Origin: Escherichia phage MIZ6
Length of the DNA stretch: 64,000 nucleotides
Sequence record: OR192075.1
Strand: one strand, 5' to 3'
Under the pieces are notes generated by a model. The model was not told the DNA's origin. It did not search any database and worked only from the letters and a program-made list of their open reading frames with translations. The translations under genes and the position numbers were made by a program. Of the stretch, positions 26,291 to 36,745 are shown piece by piece. Every line of letters starts with the position of its first letter. The first letter of the stretch is position 1.

Positions 26291-26664
26291 AGAATAATCT
26301 CTTTCAGTAAGTCAACAATCTGGTCTTTCGTCAGTTTATCCTGATTCTCTACAATCTTGATAACACAAGCGTTAACATCTTTTCGAGTCACGCGGGAGAT
26401 CGTTTTAATCCGGTTAAATGGTTCGTAGAAATATACTGCTTCATTATAGAGAGCGGATACTTTACGACGCATTTGATCTTTATCTGACAAGAAAACAAGT
26501 GCTGTTTTATGACCTTCTACACCCGCCACGTTATATAGTTCAGCAACACCCCAGCGACCTTCCGGTTCAATCATTCCGGCGTGTTTACCGTCGATAAAAA
26601 TCAGAATATCTCCGTTGAATGCGGTTTTGAATGCTACATCTTCCGGCGTAATCATATTTTTCAT
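26287..26664 (-). CDS. Hypothetical protein (125 aa)
   Basis: Track ORF, ATG start. Confidence 0.45.
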   Translation of the reverse strand: MKNMITPEDVAFKTAFNGDILIFIDGKHAGMIEPEGRWGVAELYNVAGVEGHKTALVFLSDKDQMRRKVSALYNEAVYFYEPFNRIKTISRVTRKDVNACVIKIVENQDKLTKDQIVDLLKEIIL

Positions 26665-26694
26665 GATATAGTCTCCTTAGAGTTTCATTATAAA

Positions 26695-27330
26695 TTAATC
26701 TAATGTAGAAAGCAAATGTTTTGTTTCTTTCAGTTGTCGTTCAAGATTTTTGCGTTTCTCTTTAAGTTGCATTTTAGCATTATTTCGCTCTCTTGTAACC
26801 TCTTTATCAATGCTCTTATTCCAGTTATCAATATCAGAATAAGTTGGCATACCCAATTCTAGACCTAATGCGGTTGGATGCAGGGTAACAGTCCATAAAC
26901 CGCTAATCTTCTTAAACAGGTCGGGGTGTAGTGTACTATCTACATCTTCCGGTGTCAACTCTTTTTCTTCTTTCAGTGGTGGGATCTCGTCATATGGTTC
27001 CAGTGCATTTACTTTAATATCAGATACCTCATCAAAGAATCCGCGTACATCCGCAGGAAATACACAAGCAATTTCCCAACCGTGATCACGCAGAGAAGTA
27101 ATATTTTTCACTCCCCCACCATGTGTGATGATTGATGTGACATTGCCATCAAGGTCCACCGAATTTACGAGAAATGGCTTATCGTCTGTCAGATCATTAT
27201 AAAACTGTGCTTCGGCTGTAGTCATCTCCAGAAACAGATCTCGGATCGGACGACCATCAGGTGCGTTACCTTCCTTGAGAGTATAAAAGCGACTTACGAT
27301 CCATTTTGGCGGTAAAGAATTAGCGATCAT
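26695..27330 (-). CDS. Hypothetical protein (211 aa)
   Basis: Track ORF between helicase and primase genes. Confidence 0.45.
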   Translation of the reverse strand: MIANSLPPKWIVSRFYTLKEGNAPDGRPIRDLFLEMTTAEAQFYNDLTDDKPFLVNSVDLDGNVTSIITHGGGVKNITSLRDHGWEIACVFPADVRGFFDEVSDIKVNALEPYDEIPPLKEEKELTPEDVDSTLHPDLFKKISGLWTVTLHPTALGLELGMPTYSDIDNWNKSIDKEVTRERNNAKMQLKEKRKNLERQLKETKHLLSTLD

Positions 27331-27380
27331 GTTATATCTCCTATCAAATCATTCACCAGCGCCCCGCAGGGCGCATTTTA

Positions 27381-28793
27381 TTAGAAAGTCATGTTATTTG
27401 CTAGCTCGTCGAGTTTTTCTCGTTTCTCGGCTTGCTGTGCGCTTTGTGGTTTAACTTGTGCATTCTCCTGATCTGCGATCTGGTTTGGTACTTCATACCA
27501 ACGCTGATTTCCTTTTTTCACACCAACGTTAAACCGTGAATAATAGTTCTTGTCACCGTAACGAGACTTGATCTGCTTCATGAGTTGAACGCCCATTTTA
27601 GCCAGGTCTTCGGTTTCGATAACACCCAACATAAAATCGGCTGTAGCCGGAAGACCTGCTGATTCAGCGGTATCACTCATGTTAAGGTCGGAAGCATCCC
27701 AACCCGCGCGGGTAGTCTGTGCCGCAGTCCAACCAACAACATCCCACTTAACAAAAAATCCTCGCAGTTCTTCCGCAATCGCCTTAACTAGTGTGTAACT
27801 ATTTTCAGAGTATACACGCAAGCGAGACGATGCGCAAATCCCCAGATAGTCAACAATCACAACATCAGGTTTAAACTGTTTCTTGAGTCGCAATTCATTC
27901 ATTAACGCCTCAAAGTGATTGGAGTTTGCGCCACCAGTCGGATACTGCTTGATCATCAATTTTCCAACCGGACGATCTCCGATCTTCTTATTCTTAACAC
28001 GCTTCATACGTGCGGAATATTCCGCAAAAGAAACATTACCATTATCCAATTCATCTAATGTAATGTCAAGCAAGTTTGCGTCGATACGTTTGGCTACGAC
28101 ATGCTCTGCCATCTCCATTGAGATATACAATACATCATAACCACATTCCATATAATCCGCAGCAAGAGAACACAAGCCAAGCGATTTACCAACGTTTACA
28201 CCAGCAAGCAACACATTTAGCGTTTTTCTTTCCGCCCCTCCTTTCGTGATTTTATTCAACATCGGCAGCTTAAACGGGATCTTATTCGCCTTAGTCTGAT
28301 ATAGCAAGAATCGTTTTTCAAAGTCATTAAACCAGTCATGACCTACATCAGAATCAAACGTAATGGATAGTGCTTCCTGCATAATTTCAGGAATAGCGCC
28401 CTCACTAGGCAATTTCTTATTCTGTTTCTCTTTTGGTAGTTGTGCGTTCGCCTGAATCTCTAGCGCCCGTGACATTGCATTATACATGGCACGGTCACGA
28501 ATAAATTTTTCGGTTTCCTTCATTAACCAATCAAGGTCTTCCGGTGTATTCTCCAGCGAATCGAGAAGAGTTTTAGCCCCTTCATATGTTGTCTGATTGC
28601 CTCTCTCCTTGTCCAAAGCAATCTGTAATGCAGTTGGCGTAGGAATATTGGAATATTCGTCTACGTGCTTTTTAATCAGCTTATAAATCAGTTTTTCTTC
28701 GTCTTCGGTGAAGTAGTCCGCTTTAAGGTGAGGCCATACATTCGTAAAGAATGCGCCATTGTAAATCAACTGTGAAAAGATAGTTTTAATCAT
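27381..28793 (-). CDS. 41: Replicative DNA helicase (DnaB-like)
   Basis: 470 aa; strong similarity to T4 gp41 (LNVLLAGVNVGKS, YISMEMAE, IKQYPTGGA). Confidence 0.9.
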   Translation of the reverse strand: MIKTIFSQLIYNGAFFTNVWPHLKADYFTEDEEKLIYKLIKKHVDEYSNIPTPTALQIALDKERGNQTTYEGAKTLLDSLENTPEDLDWLMKETEKFIRDRAMYNAMSRALEIQANAQLPKEKQNKKLPSEGAIPEIMQEALSITFDSDVGHDWFNDFEKRFLLYQTKANKIPFKLPMLNKITKGGAERKTLNVLLAGVNVGKSLGLCSLAADYMECGYDVLYISMEMAEHVVAKRIDANLLDITLDELDNGNVSFAEYSARMKRVKNKKIGDRPVGKLMIKQYPTGGANSNHFEALMNELRLKKQFKPDVVIVDYLGICASSRLRVYSENSYTLVKAIAEELRGFFVKWDVVGWTAAQTTRAGWDASDLNMSDTAESAGLPATADFMLGVIETEDLAKMGVQLMKQIKSRYGDKNYYSRFNVGVKKGNQRWYEVPNQIADQENAQVKPQSAQQAEKREKLDELANNMTF

Positions 28794-29107
28794 ACATAGC
28801 CCCCAACTACACGCATAACAAAGGTCTTGAGTTTATACCAGAAAGTTTCTTTTTTCAACTTTTCTTCTGCTTCTTTGATCTGCGCGGTTAACGCCTTAAT
28901 GACGTGTGGATATACCACATCACGATCTGACGGCGTGGAGTAGTCGACCACAATACCTTTAGTGTCTGGATCGTATTCAACATTATGAATATAGACAATA
29001 TGATGTTCTCCCTCTTCATCAACAATTATCAGTTCCTGGATAACTGTCTTCATTGCTTCTTGAATCAAGCCGTGTGCTTCTTCTAAACTTGTTGGCTTCT
29101 TATCCAT
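28790..29107 (-). CDS. Hypothetical protein (105 aa), position of T4 gene 40
   Basis: Lies between uvsX and gene 41; conserved GAGGATTATATT initiation region. Confidence 0.45.
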   Translation of the reverse strand: MDKKPTSLEEAHGLIQEAMKTVIQELIIVDEEGEHHIVYIHNVEYDPDTKGIVVDYSTPSDRDVVYPHVIKALTAQIKEAEEKLKKETFWYKLKTFVMRVVGGYV

Positions 29108-29162
29108 AATATAATCCTCTCTAGATATGAAAAAGGGGCACGTAGCCCCTTTACTACCATTG

Positions 29163-30233
29163 TTATGCTAACATATCTTCGATTTCTTTGTCAACTGCTT
29201 CGTCGCTGATCACTTGCCCCAGCTTATAATGATCGTTGATTGCTTCGTTAAACTTATCGTTTGTCAGAAGTGGTTTCCAGAACTCAATGCTATTGGTTTC
29301 TTTAGCACGGAACTTGCGTTCTTCGGTTTCCATCTCTCCGGTCTCGGTATTTAGGATTGAACGAGAATACCAGCCGTTTGACGGTTTCACTACCCAGCCT
29401 AACTCTACAGCCAATTCCAGCAAGCCGGAATAAGGATCGATGCCACCGCTAAATGTTACGCTAATCGGGAACTTCGATTTTTCTTTAACGGTTCGCGATT
29501 TTTCCGCATTCAGGATAAAATCATAACCAGTAATTTCGGTTCCTTCTTTCTGCTGACGACGACCAATAATGAAAACTTCATTGGCTGAATACATCGCGCC
29601 CGTACCGCCGGACATAACGGTTTTACTAAACATTTCTTGCGTTTCGTAAGTGTGGTTAATAGCGATGCACGGGATATCATTCATAGTCAGATACGGCGTA
29701 ACCATACGGAACAAGCCTTTAAGTGCTTTAGCTCGCGTCATATCCTGTGCGGATTTCTCATTAATCGCGTCTTCAACTTCTTTTTTACTTGCTAAGTTAC
29801 CGATTGAGTCAATAAAGATGATCACTTTATCTTCACGGGTAATTTGCTCAAGCTGGTTCATGATTTCAAATTTAAGTTCTTCGATGTTCTTGATCGGAAC
29901 ATGCACCACGCGATCAGGATCTACACCCATAGATTCAAGATAAGCGGATGTAATACCGAACTCAGAATCAAAGAACAAACACGCCGCATCAGGATTCTGT
30001 TTCATGTATGCACTAACGCAAGTTAATCCCATGTTTGATTTAAAGTGCTTAGACGGACCAGCAAAGAAAATCAGACCAGATTGAAAGCCTTTTTTAAGAT
30101 CACCTGAAAACGCAATATTCAGCATCGGGATCTTAGTGCGAGTATTTGTTTTTTCGTTAAAGAAGCTGGATTTAGACAGTACCGCAGTAGTTTTCAGGGT
30201 AGAGTTCTTTTTCAGTTTTTCCAGTACAGACAT
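29163..30233 (-). CDS. uvsX: UvsX recombinase (RecA-like)
   Basis: 356 aa; strong similarity to T4 UvsX (TKIPMLNIA, AGPSK.FKSN, CIAINHTYETQEMFSKTVM). Confidence 0.9.
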   Translation of the reverse strand: MSVLEKLKKNSTLKTTAVLSKSSFFNEKTNTRTKIPMLNIAFSGDLKKGFQSGLIFFAGPSKHFKSNMGLTCVSAYMKQNPDAACLFFDSEFGITSAYLESMGVDPDRVVHVPIKNIEELKFEIMNQLEQITREDKVIIFIDSIGNLASKKEVEDAINEKSAQDMTRAKALKGLFRMVTPYLTMNDIPCIAINHTYETQEMFSKTVMSGGTGAMYSANEVFIIGRRQQKEGTEITGYDFILNAEKSRTVKEKSKFPISVTFSGGIDPYSGLLELAVELGWVVKPSNGWYSRSILNTETGEMETEERKFRAKETNSIEFWKPLLTNDKFNEAINDHYKLGQVISDEAVDKEIEDMLA

Positions 30234-30244
30234 TATTAATACCT

Positions 30245-30433
30245 CTATTCAGTTAATCCGTAATACTTTAATTGCTTCATTGTTATTCGATCTTTGTAGT
30301 GCTCTTGAATTAACTTTTTCATCGCATCAACATCGATCGTCACAAATACTTCGTTGCTGTGATTTCCGTGAACTTTCTTGAAATGCTCTATGCCTTCCTC
30401 ACGTTCACGTTTAATCTTTTCAATGTCTCTCAT
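30245..30433 (-). CDS. Hypothetical small protein (~62 aa)
   Basis: Only ORF between uvsX and polymerase; track GTG start moved to ATG. Confidence 0.35.
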   Translation of the reverse strand: MRDIEKIKREREEGIEHFKKVHGNHSNEVFVTIDVDAMKKLIQEHYKDRITMKQLKYYGLTE

Positions 30434-30494
30434 AATATATTTCTCACGTTGGCGGGTATCGTCACCCAACACCCGCCATTATACACACTTTATC

Positions 30495-33173
30495 TTAAAT
30501 GTCAAACAGGTCCGTAAGCGATGCCACCTTTTCATATTGCAGCTTTGCAGCCGTGGTAATGTTCTCCAGTGGTTTGACGAAAGTCTTATTAAACAACAAA
30601 GGCCAGTCTAACCACTTCAACACTTCTGATTCAATTTCTGGCGGAATACGAGTACCAGACAACCAACCAAAACAGATTTCTCCAAACGGATTTCGATCTT
30701 TAAGCGGTACAATCATAACCTTCTCGCCTTCACGAATCGGATCTAGTCCGAATTTTCGAGCATTACGATTATAACACAATACACTCTTAACCGCATACGG
30801 ACAACCCTTAATCGGATACCCGTTTGAATCGCTGTATTTCTGTAGGTTGTTTGCCGATGATACCGCAGCAACCTCAAGATAGTCAAGTTTTCTAAACTCT
30901 TGCTCAAAAATACCGTAGTATTCCTGCAATGACTCTTCCCCTTCCTGCAACATACGGCGAATACATTCTTTCAGTGATTTCTGACATGCTTTAGGGGTAG
31001 AGCTACGTTGCGTTTCCAATCCCATGATTTTTAGCTTAGGTTCAGCAAAGCGCGTTCCTTCCATATCCCAAACATTAAGAGCATAACGCTTTTTACCAGT
31101 CCAGAATCCACCGATACCCGCAGATTTCAACGGAGGACCAGCAATTGCCTCACGGTCCATAAACATCAAGTGCTCATAGTTATTCATGTACTCGCATAAC
31201 TCGCGATATCCCTTGTCGATAATAGGTTCCATTCGATGTTTACCGAAATTATCAAGGAAGTCAACAAGTTTTTCGGTATCGTCGAAACGGTCTTCCCCGC
31301 CAACCTTATCAATAACATTGTTAACCAGCACATAAACGGAGTCAGTATCACAATAACGAACATATGCAAAATCGGTTGTTCCGCAAAGCTCGTTTAAGTA
31401 TTCGTTAATCTTACGCTCAATCCACTGAATTGCAAGCTGACCAAACAAGGTGATCGCACTAGCGTTACGGAGATCATAAAAACGGAATTTAGGATTCCCC
31501 AACGCACCATAAAGGGAGTTGATCAAAACTTTACGAGAAAGCTGGTTTGTATTGCACAAGATCGACTCGTCTTTACATTCTTCCAGCAATTTCTCTAAGG
31601 CATCTTTACTTAATTCAGAAAGCATCGATTTAAACGCTTCATCAAAGTCGTGACGCACTTCAACGCTATAGCTAATGGTTCCCCCATAAACATGATTTTC
31701 ATCGTGTAGAATCGCTTTACATAGTTCAGCATTGCGATCACATGCCAACATCATGTTTTTGTACTGCTTGCGCTGGTCGAATACCTTTTTAATCTCAATC
31801 GGTACGATACCATGAATATCTTTTCGATACATCCACCCGTTAGGCGAGCAAGAATACTCATCACTCGGACGTGGTGCAGTTTTATTGATATACTCGTGCA
31901 TCGGTGCAGCATCAAAAGATCCAGCGATTGTTTCAGGCGAAATATTAACCTGTCGAATAATAGATGGATACAGACTTGTCAAGTCAAAGCTCATCATCCA
32001 ACGGTAAGCATTCGGCACAGGTTCTTTTACGAATGCGCCAGGATAAGTCTGCTTAGGCTGTATCTTGTTCTCTGGTACTACTTTACCCTCAGCTTTCAGA
32101 GATCCGAAGATAATAGCATCCCATACTTTCATCGGGTTATAAACATGGTTAAATTTAATCTTTGCATAGAAACATAGGCTATATACCAGATCGATAAATC
32201 CGCGCTTTTTATCAATCGCCAGCACACGGTCAACGTCGCCGATGTTATAATCTATGTAAAGTTGATGGTTATCATCACGCAATTTCTTTAACGGACCATC
32301 ATAATCAACCTTACCGATTCCTGTCTCATATTCAGCAACATAATCTAATGCATATGTTGGTTGAGTAGTAAAGCTAAATTTCTTGTACAGGTCAATATAA
32401 TCAAGGCTTTCGATCCCCATGATCGTAAATGCTTCACGCTCGTTGCCAAAATCATCCTGTGAGATTCTGGATTTAATCTTACCGCACGGGCTTAGACGGT
32501 TAGCGGTTCTACTTCCGAACTTATTACTGATACGTTTAATGATATATGGAATATCGAATGTTTCTGTGTTCCAGCCAGTGAAACCAACGGGTCGGTTTTC
32601 CTCAAAGAATCGGATGTATTCTAATAGCAATTCATCTTCTGTGTCATAGACGTTATAAACAACGCGCTCTACAATATCAGGTCGAAGAATAGACTTGCTT
32701 GCTTCCCAGATTTCACCGTTTTTTCCTTTCAAATCAAATACAAAGAAACGATCATGTACGGAATCATAATGCGTAATTGCATCGATAGGATATTTCGCTT
32801 CTTCTGGTTTAGGAAATTCCGGTGCAGTGACCTCGATATCAACCCATGCTACACGGATTTTATTTCGGTCATATCGAATCTCGCCTTTATATGTATCGGA
32901 CAGATAGGAGATGATAAAATCATCCATCCCTAGTGCCTCCTGCCCCATTTCTCCCATCTTTTTACGCCATTTGTTGGCCTCGTTCATAGATGGGAATTTT
33001 TTAGCAATGCAAGGCTTGCCATAGATATCTTTATAATTCGTAACCATACCAGGAGCGGCATGATGAAATAAAGTTGGCGTATATTCAACGTAACGCTCTT
33101 GTTCTTGTCCAGCATCATCAATATAACGCTCGTAGATCTTATCACCCACTCGCTCACATGACAGAAAATACAT
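30495..33173 (-). CDS. 43: DNA polymerase (family B) with 3'-5' exonuclease
   Basis: Strong similarity to T4 gp43 across length (SFDLTSLYPSIIRQVNISPET, YCDTDS, INSLYGALGN); track GTG start replaced by ATG with SD AAGGAG 8 nt upstream. Confidence 0.9.
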   Translation of the reverse strand: MYFLSCERVGDKIYERYIDDAGQEQERYVEYTPTLFHHAAPGMVTNYKDIYGKPCIAKKFPSMNEANKWRKKMGEMGQEALGMDDFIISYLSDTYKGEIRYDRNKIRVAWVDIEVTAPEFPKPEEAKYPIDAITHYDSVHDRFFVFDLKGKNGEIWEASKSILRPDIVERVVYNVYDTEDELLLEYIRFFEENRPVGFTGWNTETFDIPYIIKRISNKFGSRTANRLSPCGKIKSRISQDDFGNEREAFTIMGIESLDYIDLYKKFSFTTQPTYALDYVAEYETGIGKVDYDGPLKKLRDDNHQLYIDYNIGDVDRVLAIDKKRGFIDLVYSLCFYAKIKFNHVYNPMKVWDAIIFGSLKAEGKVVPENKIQPKQTYPGAFVKEPVPNAYRWMMSFDLTSLYPSIIRQVNISPETIAGSFDAAPMHEYINKTAPRPSDEYSCSPNGWMYRKDIHGIVPIEIKKVFDQRKQYKNMMLACDRNAELCKAILHDENHVYGGTISYSVEVRHDFDEAFKSMLSELSKDALEKLLEECKDESILCNTNQLSRKVLINSLYGALGNPKFRFYDLRNASAITLFGQLAIQWIERKINEYLNELCGTTDFAYVRYCDTDSVYVLVNNVIDKVGGEDRFDDTEKLVDFLDNFGKHRMEPIIDKGYRELCEYMNNYEHLMFMDREAIAGPPLKSAGIGGFWTGKKRYALNVWDMEGTRFAEPKLKIMGLETQRSSTPKACQKSLKECIRRMLQEGEESLQEYYGIFEQEFRKLDYLEVAAVSSANNLQKYSDSNGYPIKGCPYAVKSVLCYNRNARKFGLDPIREGEKVMIVPLKDRNPFGEICFGWLSGTRIPPEIESEVLKWLDWPLLFNKTFVKPLENITTAAKLQYEKVASLTDLFDI

Positions 33174-33205
33174 AATATAAACTCCTTCACTTACGAAAGA
33201 CACTC

Positions 33206-33234
33206 ATTATAGGGGAATCGACCTAGTTTGTCAA
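33206..33234 (-). promoter_or_regulatory. sigma70-like promoter (TTGACA-17-TATAAT) upstream of polymerase gene, flanked by ATAGGGG / CCCCTAT inverted repeat
   Basis: Minus-strand reading of tgtcaa (33229-33234) and attata (33206-33211). Confidence 0.4.
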
Positions 33235-33255
33235 TACCCCTATCCCATCAGTATC

Positions 33256-33618
33256 TTAGCGTCCGATCTGATATTTCTCGATCAGCGTCCACTCTTCTTT
33301 CTGTTTGAAAGACAGTACACGGAAATTATTAACTTCGGTAGTTTCAAAATCACTATCAATCAGGGTACACAGATTCCACTGCGCCAGAAGTTTTGCAATG
33401 TTATTACGGCGTAATTCATCTTCCCACGTCATTTTAACACTACGACCATCTAATTTCAACAACTCCTTGAAATGAACGATGTAATAGCGCCCTTTCTTCT
33501 GGAGAATATGACAGGACTGATACAGCGTCTTGTCTCGATTGTTGGCAATGCCGCAGCGGGTTAAAGTTTCCTTAATTTTAAGGAAGTTTTCAGGACTAAT
33601 CAAATTAATTTCAATCAT
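33256..33618 (-). CDS. regA: RegA translational repressor
   Basis: 120 aa; strong similarity to T4 RegA (LYQSCHILQKKG.YYIVHFKE, NNFRV.SFKQK). Confidence 0.85.
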   Translation of the reverse strand: MIEINLISPENFLKIKETLTRCGIANNRDKTLYQSCHILQKKGRYYIVHFKELLKLDGRSVKMTWEDELRRNNIAKLLAQWNLCTLIDSDFETTEVNNFRVLSFKQKEEWTLIEKYQIGR

Positions 33619-33619
33619 T

Positions 33620-34198
33620 TTACCACCTTTCTATAATCTTTTTAAGTCGTTTCCTTTCTGTCTGATTCTTAGTAACACCCGCCAAAAGTTCATCGGTCGC
33701 ATACGGTTTAATGTGCTTCAATAACTTGTCCATATATCCCTTTTCATTAGCCAAATCGAGATAAAACCGGGCGTCATCCATATTTACACAATATGCTTTC
33801 GCCACTGCCATTAAAACCAATTTTTGGTCCAATTCTTCTGTTAGTTTAGCCCATTTACCGTATCGTTTCCCCTTAGAAATACTCTGTAAGAGATAATCAA
33901 AATGCATTTGATCTGGGAGGCCATGACCGATTAAATTCATCACATACGCGCTATATAGACAATCTGCGTGCTGGGAAAGAGCGGTGTTAATCCATCTCTG
34001 GTTATATGCAGAATTGTTTCCCACATTAACGCGCTGTTTATCTAAGGTGATATGATCCATCAGAGCAAATAATGCATTGTCGGTTTTCTCGGTGAATGTG
34101 TCCGCTAGTTCAGACACTTTTTCCCAATCACGAGAGCGCCATGCAATTTCATGCTCGTTTAATTGTGTATCATCTTCACCGAAAAATTGACCTAACAT
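33620..34198 (-). CDS. 62: Clamp loader small subunit
   Basis: 192 aa; similarity to T4 gp62 (LNEH..AW, YAMNLIG.GL, GKRYGKWAKL). Confidence 0.85.
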   Translation of the reverse strand: MLGQFFGEDDTQLNEHEIAWRSRDWEKVSELADTFTEKTDNALFALMDHITLDKQRVNVGNNSAYNQRWINTALSQHADCLYSAYVMNLIGHGLPDQMHFDYLLQSISKGKRYGKWAKLTEELDQKLVLMAVAKAYCVNMDDARFYLDLANEKGYMDKLLKHIKPYATDELLAGVTKNQTERKRLKKIIERW

Positions 34199-35172
34199 TA
34201 TACGAACTCCAATTCAACCATTAATTGCATTAACAAAAAGACAATGTGAATCTCTTTATCAGCCGCGTGCGCAAACATCTGATTATTTTCACCGATAATC
34301 TCAGTGAGACGAATAATAGAAGCTGGCTTAACTTGAGTATACAACTCATTATAAAGTTTCTTGACAAATTGAGCGTATGTATTGGTATATCGCGGTGCAA
34401 GTTTACGTACATTAGCAAACTGTTTAGTTTTAAGTGCTTCCACCACATCGGTTACTTCGGTATTGCTACTTTCGATAACCATGCTCAATACGCCAGCATC
34501 AATTTTACCATGTTTAGCGTAGCGGTCCAAAAGTTTCATTACGCGTCGGAAGTCTGGGAAGTTCTGCTTAACCAGTTCCGCTAATACGCGCATTTCTTCT
34601 ACTGGCACACCTTCTTTATCAAGAATTGCTTTACACCGGACGATCATTTCTTTCATCATGCGAAGCTGATCATCTTTAGTCGGAGATCCAAACGTGATGG
34701 GATCAAATCGAGATCGTAACGCTGGGATAATACCTTCTAGATCGTTTGCTGTGATAATGAATGTCACGTTGTTTGAGTATGCCTCAGAGAAACTACGCAA
34801 GTGTCTTTGAGCGTCAGCCAACCCCGCTCGGTCATACTCATCGATAATAACAACTTTGCCTTTTTCTCGTTTTTCTTCATCGAGTGATACACTCTGCGCA
34901 AAGCGTGTAATCTCATCGCGGATAAAATCAATCTTACAATCTGCGCCGTTAACAAACAGATAATCAACACCCACATCTTCGCAAAGCGCCTTAGCAACGG
35001 TTGTTTTACCAGTACCAGGCGATGGGCTATGCAGGATCATAGAAGGGATTCGGCCTTGCTTAACAATCTGCGCGAAGATCTTTTTATCTGCTTCCGGCAG
35101 AATACATTCAGAAATTGATTTCGGACGGTATTTCTGTTCCCACTGAAACTCATTTTCATTAACACTCAGCAT
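34198..35172 (-). CDS. 44: Clamp loader large subunit (AAA+)
   Basis: Similarity to T4 gp44 (EQKYRP, ILHSPSPGTGKTTVAKALC, VIIDE.DR); track GTG start replaced by ATG with SD GAGGTG. Confidence 0.85.
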   Translation of the reverse strand: MLSVNENEFQWEQKYRPKSISECILPEADKKIFAQIVKQGRIPSMILHSPSPGTGKTTVAKALCEDVGVDYLFVNGADCKIDFIRDEITRFAQSVSLDEEKREKGKVVIIDEYDRAGLADAQRHLRSFSEAYSNNVTFIITANDLEGIIPALRSRFDPITFGSPTKDDQLRMMKEMIVRCKAILDKEGVPVEEMRVLAELVKQNFPDFRRVMKLLDRYAKHGKIDAGVLSMVIESSNTEVTDVVEALKTKQFANVRKLAPRYTNTYAQFVKKLYNELYTQVKPASIIRLTEIIGENNQMFAHAADKEIHIVFLLMQLMVELEFV

Positions 35173-35237
35173 ATAATCACCTCTCACAAATTACATCATT
35201 AAAACGGGGAGTATTTACACTCCCCACAAACATTATA

Positions 35238-35924
35238 TTAGTCGGTGTAGCTGGAGTCAAGGTCACACGCGATCATATAAGATACGGTTTCACTTGCCAG
35301 CCATACAGCCTTACGGCGAGTGAAGCTCAGTTTGTAATCGCCGAAGTCAGTAGCAACCAGTTTCATGTTATCTTTACGAATAAAGAAATGGAAGTCTGCG
35401 GTTCCGGTATATTCGCCCATATCAAGACAAAACATCTCATTAGGATTATTTTTGTCAATCTCTTCCCAGCCTTTGATCATCAGACGACCATCAATCGGAA
35501 GAAATTCAAGGCGATCCACTTTAAGCTGATTGCTCATTTTCATAAGCTGTTTCAGATCGTCGTTGCTCAGTTCGTAATCTACATCGCTTGCAGGTGGAGT
35601 AACTCGGCCTTTCGGTGATACGATAGCGGCAGCACTAGCACCAGGATAATTAATTTTCAGACGATCATTAGACACACGAATGTTTCCGGTTCGGTCATCA
35701 ACCGTAATATCTGCTTCATCGCCTACCAGATTCAGAATACCCAGGAAAGAGTTAAGATCATAGATCCCAATTTCGTGTTCCAGTTCTTGATTCAGAGTCG
35801 CTTCACCATATACAACGTTTGTCATGTTTTTGGTGATCAGGACGTTTCCTTTTTTCAGGATGATACCTGGGTTAATCGCGGAAAAGTTTTTCAGGGTAGC
35901 AATGGTTTCTTTAGTCAGTTTCAT
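35238..35924 (-). CDS. 45: Sliding clamp
   Basis: 228 aa from ATG; similarity to T4 gp45 N-terminus (ATLKNF..IN.GI.LK) and matching length. Confidence 0.85.
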   Translation of the reverse strand: MKLTKETIATLKNFSAINPGIILKKGNVLITKNMTNVVYGEATLNQELEHEIGIYDLNSFLGILNLVGDEADITVDDRTGNIRVSNDRLKINYPGASAAAIVSPKGRVTPPASDVDYELSNDDLKQLMKMSNQLKVDRLEFLPIDGRLMIKGWEEIDKNNPNEMFCLDMGEYTGTADFHFFIRKDNMKLVATDFGDYKLSFTRRKAVWLASETVSYMIACDLDSSYTD

Positions 35925-35954
35925 CAAATCACCTTTATCATGTTAATCAATTAA

Positions 35955-36347
35955 TTACGGGTTTACTTCGTGCTCATTTTGAATCTTTAGCATTCTTTCG
36001 ATAAATTTTTTCTCGGCTTCCTTGTCGGATGAGTGAGTATACTTCAATCCAATGTAAGCTGTCAAGTATTGTTGCAGAGCATAGACAGTAACAGGATTCT
36101 TTGCGGTCTTTTTGCCATCGAGATATACCAGATCACCACGAACATCAAACGCAAGTTTACGACGAATCACATCATCAACAAATTTATCTAGGACAAAATA
36201 CCACTCAATACACTCTATCCCGTGACGGTAGTTCATTACATCATTATCTTTGATATAGTCAAACGGAATATGGCATAATTTACTATTTTGTAGGATGAAT
36301 AGCATTTGTTCTTTTAAGCTCATACGTTTCATTCTATCACTTCCCAT
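35955..36347 (-). CDS. Hypothetical protein (T4 rpbA/46.x position)
   Basis: Track ORF; start codon uncertain (several in-frame ATGs). Confidence 0.35.
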   Translation of the reverse strand: MGSDRMKRMSLKEQMLFILQNSKLCHIPFDYIKDNDVMNYRHGIECIEWYFVLDKFVDDVIRRKLAFDVRGDLVYLDGKKTAKNPVTVYALQQYLTAYIGLKYTHSSDKEAEKKFIERMLKIQNEHEVNP

Positions 36348-36714
36348 CAGCAATTGCGATCAGACGAGTTACTACTACGCCAGCGGCTTCAATCAGCAAT
36401 TCATCAGTGTCAATCTGATAACCCTTTTCGAGAATATCTTTACCTCGAATAGTTTTAGCGCCTTTAGCAATTGAATCTTCGTAATACTTGCGCATTGCCG
36501 CGATCCATTCTTTTTGCACCATATCATCAATATGAGCATACAGTTCAAAACGTGCTTGCTGCGGGATAACCTTCATTTTAGCTTTCTCGCTTTCCGGCAT
36601 TTGTAGTACCCACGCTTTACGGATCTTGTTCATTGCTCGGTCAAATTCGAGGCTGGTTTTCTTGTTCTGAATGTCTGCTACAGTAATTTTAGCCAGGTTT
36701 GCGGAAGTCGTCAT
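36337..36714 (-). CDS. Hypothetical protein (~125 aa)
   Basis: Start moved to ATG (MTTSANLAK). Confidence 0.4.
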   Translation of the reverse strand: MTTSANLAKITVADIQNKKTSLEFDRAMNKIRKAWVLQMPESEKAKMKVIPQQARFELYAHIDDMVQKEWIAAMRKYYEDSIAKGAKTIRGKDILEKGYQIDTDELLIEAAGVVVTRLIAIADGK

Positions 36715-36745
36715 AATATTAATCTCCAAAAATAAAATCAGTATA

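Noticed and set aside
27358-27375. GC hairpin (gcgccccgcagggcgc) downstream of gene 41 as a terminator
   Set aside because: On the minus-strand transcript it is not followed by a U-run; may be an RNA stability element but not annotated.
30495-33203. Track start codons for genes 43, 52, 44, 45, 46, 56, nrdG, nrdC and 49
   Set aside because: The track's longest-ORF starts are GTG/TTG or upstream ATGs without ribosome-binding sites; ATGs matching T4 N-termini with SD sequences 5-9 nt upstream were used instead.
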